Shown piece after piece: positions 10,946 to 21,930 of a stretch of 36,526 nt of DNA. Location of the stretch: contig NC_068988.1 in assembly GCF_001194135.2 (NCBI RefSeq), positions 42,046,434 through 42,082,959 of the forward strand, given 5' to 3'. Position 1 is the stretch's first letter. Each line of letters opens with the position of its first letter. The DNA comes from Octopus bimaculoides (Eukaryota). The position numbers were made by a program, and so were the translations under genes. The notes beneath the pieces were generated by a model that had not been told where the DNA came from, ran no database searches, and saw only the letters and a program-made list of their open reading frames with translations.

Positions 10946-12133
10946 ATGTATGTACATATACATATATATGTGTGATATGTGTGTATGTGTGTGTGTGTAC
11001 ATCAAATAATTTTATTATGTGTACAGCCGAAGCTAGTACAATGAACATCAAATATTAATGGGAAAAAATAAAAAGAATAATTTGTATATGTTAAGTTGTG
11101 TTAGTTGAGTGATGATAGCTATGTATCCTTTGAGACGTTACCTGCTAAAGGTAACTGTTAGCATGCTTTCTAAGCGCAATATACGCCAGTTATTTAAATT
11201 TCATTAGGACGAGAAAACATCTATTCACTATGTACCTATTACGATACTGGAATTAATAACAAATGACAAAAACGAGATGCACTACAGGATATGATGACAA
11301 AACCTCTGTCTTTTGTACTTTGAATTTTACAGCAACTCCAGAAATAGATTCATTGATAGCACACACAATTTGCTTGAGAAATTTAATGTGTTTTCTGTCC
11401 AGGAAAAGCCTTCTGAAATGTTATGATAAAACAGTGGGTAGCTTGTTATGACTTCTCATAATAAAGATAAGAGATCGTTTTCTTCTTTTTTTCTTTTTCT
11501 TTCAAAGGCTGCTTGAATCTAAAAACAAATTGTTCTTTAATCACTTAACATAGTCCACTTAGAGACTTGCAGATTTGAAGTCTGGTTCCAACTTATCTCG
11601 TCTATATTTTTGAGTCTAATCGGTGACCCACACAAGGCATACCCACTATAGAATACGTAAAATGTCTTTTATAATTCGATACTAATTTTAAAATGTGCCT
11701 TTAAGATACTTTAGTTTTTTATTTAGTCTTTAGCTTCGTTCTTTCGGGTTTGTTAAGCACAATGCCAAGTGAACCAATGTAATTGAAAGTATTTTACACT
11801 TCACAATTGCTGCTGTCTATAAACATGAATGTATTTTATTTTGAAGAGCTCATTCCTTCCAGGCTGTTCAAATCTGGTGTAGATCAGCGATGTGCATACA
11901 TACTTAAAATGTGTATTTGTTAAAATCTTCTAAATTGCGGTATTCGTCTTCAGAAATAACGTTTTAAAGACAAAGTGTTAAAAACACAGAAAATTATCCG
12001 CAGCATTAGTGGTCATCTAGCGTTTGTGGTGACAAGCAGTGAAAGAAATATCGCATTGTTCATACTCTTGAATTACAAAGTAAATACAAGTCAAGAAGAT
12101 ATTCGCCTGGTTTGTCTTAGTGTAATTACATAT

Positions 12134-12400
12134 TTAACTATTCGTGAATAATAGCCTTCGTTGGACAAGTGAATTCAAAGAGAGCTTCGGGAAGCCACTT
12201 AGAGGAGTCAATGAATTTTCAAAAGTGCCAAAGAACATGGGTACGCGACCATTATACTCTGTCACCAGAAGCTTGTTCCATCTTATGATGACTGAATGTA
12301 GAAAGTTTTTAACTAGTGTGTGAGTCTCAGAATCTGGCACGGTGGAAGATCTGCAGTTGTGAAAGGGCTAGTCTTCGAGCAACGGACGTCTTTCATACTA
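12134..12400 (-). mobile_element. Highly degenerate LINE ORF2 C-terminus (CR1/L2-like)
   Basis: Minus frame HNCRSSTVPDSETHTLVKNFLHSVIIRWNKL resembles the terminal (K)NSF(F/L)P.xIRxWNxLP motif of CR1/L2-group ORF2. Confidence 0.35.
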
Positions 12401-13113
12401 CAATTGTAGAGTAGCTTTGAGTTATTTTAACTGTTGATAATAAAGCTCAACTTTATTAGCTGCAAGGATCAACTTATCAATTAAAACCTACATGTTTTCT
12501 ATCATCTTTTGTTAAAATGATGCAGGAGATAAGAGAACGCTCAACATTTTTTTATATGAAATAGTATAGTCTGAATAGCGAGAGAATTTTTTTACAATTC
12601 GAAGTAACAAGATAGACAATTTCCACAGACATACACGATACACTACCGATCGTGCACGCACATGCACACACACGCATACGCATACATACATCTATACATC
12701 CACCTATACATAATGCATATGTGTGTATGTATATATATATATGTGTGTGTTAATCAAATATAAATACAAATATATGTATTTTTCATGTGTGTGTGTATGT
12801 GTGTGTATGTGTGTGTGCATGCATGTGTTTGTGTGTATGTCTTTAAGATGCTTTGACAAGATACTTTATGAAATCTTTCAACGACATCTTAGTATCTTAG
12901 AGGTGAGTTGTCGATTGTTCAAATGAAGAATGGTGTTATTCTTCTTCAGCTTCACCTAGAAAGACACTAGAAATTGTAATCAGACAAAATGACACGATTC
13001 CTTTTATTCACAAGACTGTGAGGAATCATTTGATATCTGCAACAGATTTCAATTATGTCATGGAATCTACAATTTTATTGTATCTAACCCAGCCATTACG
13101 CTTCTTTCCTCCT

Positions 13114-13114
<1 letters not shown>

Positions 13115-13161
<47 letters not shown>
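13115..13161. repeat. (CT)n microsatellite
   Basis: Read directly. Confidence 0.93.
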
Positions 13162-13171
<10 letters not shown>

Positions 13172-14267
13172 CTTTCTTTGTCTTCCTCTCTTCCGTTCTG
13201 ATTACAGACTTAGAATATCCCTTATTTAGAGCTCTTCTCATCGATCCTGTCCGAAATGAAATGAAAGTCATTTGGGATTTATTGTTCAACTTAGTCCTCA
13301 TTCATCTAATCGTCAATTATTGAACCTACACCAACTCTTAATGCGTTTCCTTAATATTATTGTTTTTTGTTGTTCTATTTGTTTTGTTTGTTTTTTATTT
13401 GCTTCTATACGTCTCTTTTGAGAGACATAGAATGGGAATGTTATATAAAAAAATTGCTATACCATTTTTGTGAAACTGAGTTTCGTTTAAAAATACACTT
13501 AACGTTTAGCAGGAAAACAAAGACAAAAAAAGAGAAATCAATGCTGATATATTTATGTTTTTAATACATTATATATAAATGTAATTTTAAAATACAACTA
13601 TCATTTTCAAATTTTATTATTATTTTAAAATATAATTGCCAGATTTTTTTTTAAATGCAGATACGAAAAACCGTTTGAAAATACAATTAGTGATTGCGAA
13701 ATATGAAAAAGAAAGGTAGCAATTGTTTCATATACATGCATACATACATACATACATACATACATACATACATGTGTGTGAGAGTGTGTGTGCTTTTTGT
13801 GTGTGTATGTGTGAAAGGATATAATTTTCAAATACAAAAAGCATTTATAAAGTACAGCTATTTTAAAATAAAATTGCAAAGTGTTTTAAAATGCAGTTAT
13901 AGTTCGTTGAAATACATTTATTGTTTTAGAATTCGATCCCTCCAGCGCTATTCATTTTAGCAATTTCTGGCCAAATTGTTTGCCAGTGTCCTTATCTCGC
14001 TGTCACTTCTTACTGGAAATTGATATTAATATGAAGAAAATGTTTACTGTTGGGAAAAGTACTTTGTGTGTAGGTGAGTGCCTTGCATGCAGCCGAGTGC
14101 CATTTTGTGCAAGCGAATGAATTCATATATACATATATATACACATACACAGATATATATAAATATATACTTATAAATTAAGAATATAAGTCATTAAAAT
14201 GATTATATCAGTGGCTAGCGTATAAAAAAAAACACTAAATCGGTAAAATTAATTTTTAAGAATATAA

Positions 14268-14370
14268 TTATAAAAATATAATTACAATTAAGGGCGCTGA
14301 AGTGCCAATGCTTATACATCTAGTTCTAGCGTATAGGCGTTGGCCCTCAAATATAATTATATTTTTATAA
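14268..14370. repeat. Nested inverted repeat / long hairpin
   Basis: Perfect 17-bp outer arms TTATAAAAATATAATTA (14268-14284) / TAATTATATTTTTATAA (14354-14370). Inner 14-bp stem GCCAATGCTTATAC (14304-14317) / GTATAGGCGTTGGC (14331-14344) has two G-U pairs. Confidence 0.8.
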
Positions 14371-14439
14371 GTATTTATTTATAAATGTGTACATATACAC
14401 TTACATACATATGCATATATATGTATGTACATGAATGTG

Positions 14440-14555
<116 letters not shown>

Positions 14556-14848
14556 AGTTGGTGCCAACAAATACAAGGTTGATCAGAGATCGGACACTTT
14601 AGAAATGGAAGTCGAAATAAAACACTTAATGTGTGTGTTTCAGACAGGTTTTCTATTATTTATTCATCAGAGTTGTCAGAAAACTTAGCTGGGATTATCA
14701 CGCTCTCTTCTAAAAATCATTAACTAGACGAGGATTGTCAGATAAGACGTCACAATATATATTCGATGGACACATGGTTATAGATGTAACTATTTATATA
14801 TTTATTTATCTATTTACTTGCTTATTTGCCGGCTGATAATTGGGAAAA

Positions 14849-14942
14849 GCATGGCCGAATGGTTAAGAAGTTTGCTTCGCAAGAACAGGCTTCTAAGTTC
14901 AACCTCAATGTATGGCATCTTATATTTGACAAGTATCTTCTG
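14849..14942 (+). mobile_element. 5' head of a second tRNA-derived SINE family (CORE-like start)
   Basis: A-box-like TGGCCGAATGG (14852-14862), AAGAAGTTTGCTTC, B-box-like GTTCAACCTC (14897-14906), then GGCATCTT...GACAAGTATCTTCT resembling the GGCACCTTGGGCAAGT block. Confidence 0.6.
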
Positions 14943-14993
14943 ACAGGATTTCGGTAGCAGGATACGATGCGAAAGTTCGTTTTATTTCATATA

Positions 14994-15150
14994 TGACGGT
15001 TGGTTACACTGCGTTTCTATATCTTCAATTTGGATTCTCGTTTTTTTTATTGTCTTTCAGAAGAAGATCGTACCGTCGAAACGTTAAAGTCATTTCCTTC
15101 TAATATTTTTTTTCATTTCCTGAACGTCAAGCTAATACCACTCTGTGTTT
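14994..15150 (+). mobile_element. Second, more decayed Penelope-like/retrozyme-like unit
   Basis: Colinear similarity to 6214-6407 both upstream and downstream of a hammerhead-like motif. Confidence 0.55.
15054..15089 (+). ncRNA. Degenerate minimal hammerhead motif (core CAGAAGA)
   Basis: CTTT-CAGAAGA-A-GATCGTACCGTC-GAAAC-GTT-AAAG. Stem I is CTTT/AAAG and stem II is GAT/GTC. U4 is mutated, so this copy is probably inactive. Confidence 0.45.
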
Positions 15151-15381
15151 ATTTTTGATTTCGCTTTTGAGTTGCACTTTCTGTCACCTTTCTATCATAT
15201 ATGTGTACGTGTTTCTGTATGCGTGCGTATGCGTGTGTATGTCTTAATGTATTTTATAAACAACATAGTTCCTGAATTTTGTTTTAAAAACAATAGAACT
15301 TTTCATGACCTAAATATTTTTTTTTTAATTTGCTTCTTTGTCATAATACAACTTTACTATTTTCAATATTTTCTCACAACC

Positions 15382-15582
15382 AATCGTCAGCACGTCGGTG
15401 AAACTGCTTAGCAGCATTTCGTCTGTCTTTACGTTCTGAGTTCAAATTCCGCCGTGGTCGATTTTGCCTCTCATCTTGTTTTGGTCGATGATATAAATAC
15501 CAGTTGAACACTGGGTTCGATGTAATCGACGTACCCCTTAACCGAATTAACTGACCTTGTGTCAAAATTTGAAATCAATATT
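15382..15582 (+). mobile_element. tRNA-derived SINE (ATT family), near full length
   Basis: AATCGTCAGCACGTCGG...TTTACGTTCTGAGTTCAAATTCCGCCGTGGTCGATTTTGCC...GACCTTGTGTCAAAATTTGAAATC. Confidence 0.88.
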
Positions 15583-15593
15583 TTCTTATAACC

Positions 15594-15748
15594 AAGACAG
15601 TGAACTAACAGAATCGTTAGACTGCCAGATAAAATGCTTAGCTTTTCGGGGTCGATAAAATAAGTACTAGTAGAGCATTGGGGTCGATGTAATCAACTTA
15701 CTCTACCCCTAAATTTACTGGTCTTGTGCCAAAATTTAAACCAATATT
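15594..15748 (+). mobile_element. tRNA-derived SINE (ATT family) with internal deletion
   Basis: The head ...AAAATGCTTAGC (ends 15642) is joined directly to TTTTCGGGGTCGATAAAATAAG; the B-box region is missing. Confidence 0.85.
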
Positions 15749-16170
15749 TCTTACAGACTACAGAAAGATAAGGATGAGGAATCAAATATTGCAGTGCGTC
15801 CGACTAAATAAGCATTTAGTCTATAACAAAATTAAAACCTCGTTGATGTTACTCTTCTATTGTCCCTTAGTCCTCGACCAAATGAGATACGCTCACTATT
15901 TCACTATACTTTATAATCAAGTATACTCACTCTGTGATCTTTTATACACTACAAACGACCAAATTCTCACTATTTTTCGAATGGGCATGTTACAGCACCG
16001 AACTATATATAGCTTAAAGAATGTAATCACATTCTTTTAAACTTCTGTGTTTGTCTTCAGTAAACTGAGAAAAATAAGATAGTTGTCGTTCAAGTATAAA
16101 ATGGAACAGATGATGAAATCGGTTCCTCTACCTGACTACTAAGTTATGGAATTGAGTGAAGAAAGTAAGT

Positions 16171-16274
16171 TGAAAGGCTTAAGCTGACTCCGGTGAGATT
16201 TGAACTCAGGACATAAAAATAACCAAAGGAAATACCGCTAAGTATTGCATCCGATGTACCACTGATTGTGCCAG
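16171..16274 (-). mobile_element. tRNA-derived SINE (ATT family), 5' half, diverged
   Basis: Plus strand TTTGAACTCAGGACATAAA...GAAATACCGCTAAGTATT...GATTGTGCCAG is the reverse complement of the head. Confidence 0.7.
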
Positions 16275-16424
16275 GTGTAACACAGACACAGACCGTCATA
16301 TGACAAGTGTGAAAAGGAGGAGGTTTATTGTCGGTTAAATCAAATTCAGTGTTTCGTTGATTCTTTACTAAATCAACCAAGAAACGACGAAAGTCAGCCC
16401 GTAAATGTGATGTTGACGCCGTCG

Positions 16425-16495
16425 ATGATGGTGATGATGATGAGGAGGAGGAGGAGGAGGAGGACGACGACGACGACGACAACGAGGATGACATT
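16425..16495. repeat. Compound (GAT)/(GAG)/(GAC)n trinucleotide repeat
   Basis: Read directly. Confidence 0.9.
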
Positions 16496-16828
16496 TTGAT
16501 ATCTTGCTATTGTATTTTAGATATTTATTATTGTTTATTTCATGTATATATTGGCCAATATGTCGCCCATAACATTACACTGGATGAATGTTGCATAATA
16601 GAAATTATATGAGTAACCTAAGGATTGATAATGAACATAATTATCATGATGGTGACGATGATAACGATGATGAAGATGATGGCGACGACGGAATGTGTGC
16701 TGATACTTGACTTAGGAAACTTAGAGAGTGCATTTACATAATTACTTTACAGGGTTTAGCATCGCCATTTCCACGGTAATATATTGAATTACCGCTGTTG
16801 GTTGACCTTTAATATTATAAAATATTAG

Positions 16829-17053
16829 AAGGCAACGAGCTGGCAGAATTGTTAGCACGCCGGAAAAATGCTTAGCGGTATTTCGTCCAGCCTTACGTTC
16901 TAAGTTCAAACTCCTCCGCGGTCGACTTTGCCTTTTATCCTTGCGGGGTCGATTATATAAGTACCAGTTACGCACTGGAGTCGATGTAATCGACTTAATC
17001 TCTTCCCCAAAATTTGAGGCCTTGTGCTTCCAGTAGAAAGTATTATTATTATT
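16829..17053 (+). mobile_element. tRNA-derived SINE (ATT family), full length
   Basis: AAGGCAACGAGCTGGCAGAATTGTTAGCACGCCGG (A box) ... AAGTTCAAACTCC (B box) ... GGCCTTGTGCTTCCAGTAGAAAGTATTATTATTATT. Confidence 0.92.
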
Positions 17054-18625
17054 TCTTTTCATCACAGTTTTTGTTGGAACTCCTGGAGTTTTGCAAGTGT
17101 AGCGGGCTTGCTGCCTGCAGCGAATGGTCCCATGTTATTCGTTCTTTTCAGTTATCTAATACTTTCCCAATTATTTTGGTCGTGTCAAGGAGACAAATCT
17201 TTTGTAACAGTTCTACTGGGCTCTCTGTTCCACTTTCCTTAATATTCTTTTTGATGCCTTCTTATACTGTCCCCAAGGACCCAACAATAATTGGCACTAT
17301 CTTCACCGTCTACATTTTCCACAACCGAGCTATTTCGTACTTAAGAGGGTTGTATCAATCTATCTTTTCACCTGCCTTCTGACTATTTGTGGGTCGAAAG
17401 GGCATGCAACATCAACTATATAGCACTTGTAGTGCATTTTGTTGACCACCACCAGATCCGGTCTGTTATTCTCTGGCGTCTAATCTGTTTGGATTGGGGA
17501 ATTCCAGAGGACTTTTCTAGTTTCCGACTCTGCTACTCTCTGTGGTTTGTGCTCATACCACATCTTGCCCCTCTACAGCCCCCACTTTTCGCACAGTTTC
17601 CAATGTAGTACTTTCGCTAACTGATCATACCGCCACAACTTGTAATGGTTTTTGGCAAATCTAGAGCATTCGTTTGTGATATGGACAATGGTTTCATCCA
17701 CTCTGTTAAAGATGCGGCACAGCATTGGCACTTGCTCATTCCAAAGGCTGACCCTCCAAAGCTTGGCCAAAGCTTGGCCAAATCTTGGCCAAAGCTTGGT
17801 CTTGCGCTGCCAGTACAGTGCTCTCGGTCTCTTATTTTAGTGTTACTTTCTTCAGCCAATCTCACCTATTTTTTCCAGCAACTTCTGTTGTGGCTACATG
17901 GAATTACTTGAGTAGTCCCTTGTTGCGTCATTTTTCTTCGTGTCCTTTTTGCACTTCTTCCTTCGTTTTACTTTTTTCTCTGCTTTCAATACGTCTTCGT
18001 TCCTAACTGACACTAACGAGGTTTCCCTACTTTGGGCTAGGTATCTCATTAAACTCTCGAGTTCGATACATAGAGTCTTCCACACTTAACAGTCCCCTTC
18101 CTCCATTTGCTCTCTTTTTGTATAGGCGATCAATGTCATGCATCGTTAGGAGCTTTCTTGATTTCCTGTCCTTCTCTTTTAGATCCTCGTCTGTCCACTT
18201 CAGGATTTCAGAGCCAGACCGAACTACAGCGACTGCACGCGAGTTTATTGCCGAAATTATGTTTCTGGCGTTCATCTTTGAAGACAGTACTTTTCTCACT
18301 CGCCGCAAGTCCTCTCTTTTTGTCTTTTCCTTCATATCGTGGTGTTTGACTCCATCTGCCTCAAGTATTCCCTGGTATTTATCTCACCACTTGGCAAACC
18401 TATACCTTCTGTCTTGACAAGCTTTCCTAGTCTCATCGCCATCGTAGCACATTTTGAGAGCCCTAACTCCATCTTGATATAATTGGAGAAAATCCGTACA
18501 GACTGGACTAGACTGTTCAGTTTTGGCTCTCTTTTGTGAATAACTACAAGTCGTCCATGAATAGCAAGTGGTTCAGTTTTCCCTTACCTCTTCCCAGGTC
18601 AGACCCCAACTTTGTTTCCTGGTAG
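17054..18625 (-). mobile_element. 5'-truncated, inactivated R4/Dong-clade non-LTR retrotransposon (RT C-terminal half, Zn knuckle, restriction-like endonuclease, 3' UTR)
   Basis: Minus-strand frames give NHLLFMDDL (RT active site, FMDD at 18550-18561), RRVRKVLSSKMNARNIISAINSRAV, DIDRLYKKRANGGRGLLSVED, AAQDQAL, a degenerate CCHC (CRIF...ETIVHITNEC), AKVLHWKLCEKWGL, WYEHKP, RPDLVVV...CYIVDVACP and PIIVGSLGTV...LLQKICLLDTTKIIGKVL, with the stop at 17148-17150. There are multiple stops, frameshifts and deletions. The element ends in a (TAA)n tail. Confidence 0.9.
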
Positions 18626-18679
18626 GATTTATGTGGGTAGCAGGTTACTACGTGTAACTTTAGGTATCCACAATTTTTC

Positions 18680-18681
<2 letters not shown>

Positions 18682-18725
<44 letters not shown>
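18682..18725. repeat. (ATT)n microsatellite at the 5' side of the R4/Dong element
   Basis: About 14 perfect units. Confidence 0.95.
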
Positions 18726-18730
<5 letters not shown>

Positions 18731-19938
18731 TCGTCCTCTCTTTCTCACGCCTGTGTTATCCCTGATTTCCGTTTGCCTTTATTATCCTGGATTTCTGGTA
18801 GCCTTTGTTTCTTTTTCATATGGAAACTGCAATATGTAAGTATTATACATATTGCAGATACATATAATATGTTTGCAATATGTATATATTTATCATTCAC
18901 ATTGAATAACAAGCGAAGTGTTCTTTNNNNNNNNNNNNNNNNNNNNNNNNNNNNNNNNNNNNNNNNNNNNNNNNNNNNNNNNNNNNNNNNNNNNNNNNNN
19001 NNNNNNNNNNNNNNNNNNNNNNNNNNNNNNNNNNNNNNNNNNNNNNNNNNNNNNNNNNNNNNNNNNNNNNNNNNNNNNNNNNNNNNNNNNNNNNNNNNNN
19101 NNNNNNNNNNNNNNNNNNNNNNNNNNNNNNNNNNNNNNNNNNNNNNNNNNNNNNNNNNNNNNNNNNNNNNNNNNNNNNNNNNNNNNNNNNNNNNNNNNNN
19201 NNNNNNNNNNNNNNNNNNNNNNNNNNNNNNNNNNNNNNNNNNNNNNNNNNNNNNNNNNNNNNNNNNNNNNNNNNNNNNNNNNNNNNNNNNNNNNNNNNNN
19301 NNNNNNNNNNNNNNNNNNNNNNNNNNNNNNNNNNNNNNNNNNNNNNNNNNNNNNNNNNNNNNNNNNNNNNNNNNNNNNNNNNNNNNNNNNNNNNNNNNNN
19401 NNNNNNNNNNNNNNNNNNNNNNNNNNNNNNNNNNNNNNNNNNNNNNNNNNNNNNNNNNNNNNNNNNNNNNNNNNNNNNNNNNNNNNNNNNNNNNNNNNNN
19501 NNNNNNNNNNNNNNNNNNNNNNNNNNNNNNNNNNNNNNNNNNNNNNNNNNNNNNNNNNNNNNNNNNNNNNNNNNNNNNNNNNNNNNNNGTGTGTGTGTGT
19601 GTGTATGTGTGTGTGTGTGTGTATGTGTGTGTGTGTAAATATACGGTGGTATATATTGATAGATGATAAATATACACTTCTATATATGTATACGTACATG
19701 AATACATATTGCTTTATAAACTTTTTATTCAGAAAATCACTACAGACATTTTTTTTTAATTGATTGATTCCTGTTTTTATCTATATTTTTAATATTCAAT
19801 GTAGTCTAAATTTGAATTTATTTCTTCGCTTTTGTCATCGAATCTAGCGAAAAGAGAATTTAACCGAAACAGCTGACATATTTTAACAGGCAAAAATATA
19901 TTCTTTGTAGAAGCCGTTAGACATTCACTAATGACAGC

Positions 19939-20041
<103 letters not shown>

Positions 20042-20269
20042 GGATGGAAAGGGAGAGAGGGTGGAGTAAAATACATGAATAGATTGATAAATAAATAGAC
20101 AAACAGACAGATGGTGATTGAAAGACCGTTGTGATCATCAAACTGTGAATAATCAAACCATGTTCTTGGAATGTGTATAAATTATACGTCCTACAGACTT
20201 TTAACTTTGATTTAAAGAACATGGGCTTTGTGCGCAGATTTACACACAAAATCTCTCAGATTTTTTTTT

Positions 20270-21640
20270 TCACGACATAGACCATAGTCTTTAGGTATCG
20301 CTTAAATGCCTATTGTTTGCAGATATTCATCGAATATACAGCAGCCTTTAAATGTTGAAATCTTGTATATGCTATATAGATTACACATTTTTCAGTCATC
20401 CACAAACATTCGCTGTTAAACAGCCCATAAAGGTTTTCAAGCGACCTCTAGATAAACAGTAACATTTAGTCATTGACTGAATAGACCATATCATTATAGA
20501 AGTCTTTATGTGTTAGATATCATGTAGATATATAGCAGCGTACAGACATTGAGTAGATCTATCACATTATTTAAGCGTTTTAGACAGACTACAAACTTCA
20601 GATCATGACACAGTGACACTACAACTTTTATACGTGTTTAACAATAAAATGAATGAGATGAGAGGAATGAATGAGAAGAGTAGTTGTTTGTTTTCGATTC
20701 ATCTTCTGTTCATTGTTACAAGTTTGTATTGGACGCAACGTTCAAGGAAAAATAACACGGTAACATCGGAAAGTTCTAATAGTATGTATGTAAAGAATTT
20801 AGCAAGAATATTGCTGTGAAAATGAGAGTATGCTAGGCTTAGGTTAGACAGTTCCTTCTATAGTTCAGGATTTTGACAGTGGTAACTATGCTGACCCTAC
20901 CGAATGCCTGAGTTTCCGAGCGTTATGCTTCGCTGCTCTATCATTCTCCATTTGTGACTGTCCGTCTAACCGTATCATTCGCTCTAGAAGAAAGCTGAGT
21001 GGACATATCAGTGGTAACGTCATCATTCGAACATCCGGTAGTTATATGTTTATATATAGCTTCATTGGCCATATTTTTGCTGACGTCATTACTCAGTCTG
21101 CCAAAACTCCGATTGTTGTTGTTTACAAAGAATTGTATAATTAAAAAAAAAGACGTTACATGTTGAAAGTGAAACGACTATTGTAAGGAGTTAACTATAT
21201 AGAACACTTTGTTTAGATTTTAAGCAGCCCATTACCCTTAGACGTTGACTTGACATACTAAAGAGTTCACCAAAAAGACCATAGACTTTCTGTTGAATAC
21301 ATGTTGAGTATAAAGTGCATAGACAGCAACGCTTATACATAAATTTGTTAGGACTTGCTCATTAAATGTTGGCTATGTAGACAACAGTCTTTTTGACACT
21401 GAATTCAGACTATTGATTTACATGTTCACTTGATAGACCATTGTATTTACATACGGATTTGTTAGGCCACAGATTTACACATTACATTCATTTATTAGGG
21501 GTATTAAGAGGTTGATTTGATAAACCACTGTATTAACCTTTGATTTCATAGCCTTTTGACTTTAATTGAAAGAGTACCGTCTTCGGATGTTTATTTAGTA
21601 GATAAGAATTTTAGACATTTGTTCTATAGACCTCAGTCTT
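20270..21640. repeat. Two patches of heavily decayed minisatellite-like sequence (about 20270-20610 and 21180-21640)
   Basis: Recurrent TAGAC/ATAGACCAT motifs; ATAGACAGCAACGCTTATACATAAATTTGTTAGG resembles ATAGACCATTGTATTTACATACGGATTTGTTAGG. Confidence 0.4.
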
Positions 21641-21930
21641 TTGGTCGCTAATTTGGGGATATACTCCATTCTGAAGAGACTAAAGTTATTTACTGACTAA
21701 TAACTCAGTAAAAGAGACCGGAGTTTTTTATGTACTAATAACCCAGTAATACCGGCGGATACCTGATCTTTGGATTTACATCAACCCACATTCCTTGTAA
21801 AAAAGGAAATTTAATTCTCCCTCTACTGGTCTTTCTTTAGGACATCCCCGTAAGCCGCAGTAATACAGCAAGTGGAATTACTTAATTACCTACATTTATA
21901 TATATTTTTTAAATCTGGTTTCTTGGCGGT

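Noticed and set aside
12848-14073. Plus-strand exon candidates ending in AG|GTGAGT at about 12902 (RCFDKILYEIFQRHLSILE) and about 14073 (MKKMFTVGKSTLCV)
   Set aside because: They cannot be joined into a coherent frame and no protein family is recognised. RNA-seq would be needed.
16144-16494. Ser-rich 116-aa ORF
   Set aside because: It is made of a GAT/GAG/GAC repeat plus a SINE fragment.
16829-16915. tRNA-like A and B boxes in SINE heads as true tRNA genes
   Set aside because: No cloverleaf or anticodon arm is recoverable, and each continues into the SINE core and tail.
20158-20224. 10-bp inverted repeats (CCATGTTCTT/AAGAACATGG; also GCTGTCAAAT/ATTTGACAGC at 27628-27703, and 8-bp hairpins near 15805 and 25443)
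   Set aside because: A few inverted repeats of this length are expected by chance in about 32 kb of AT-rich sequence.
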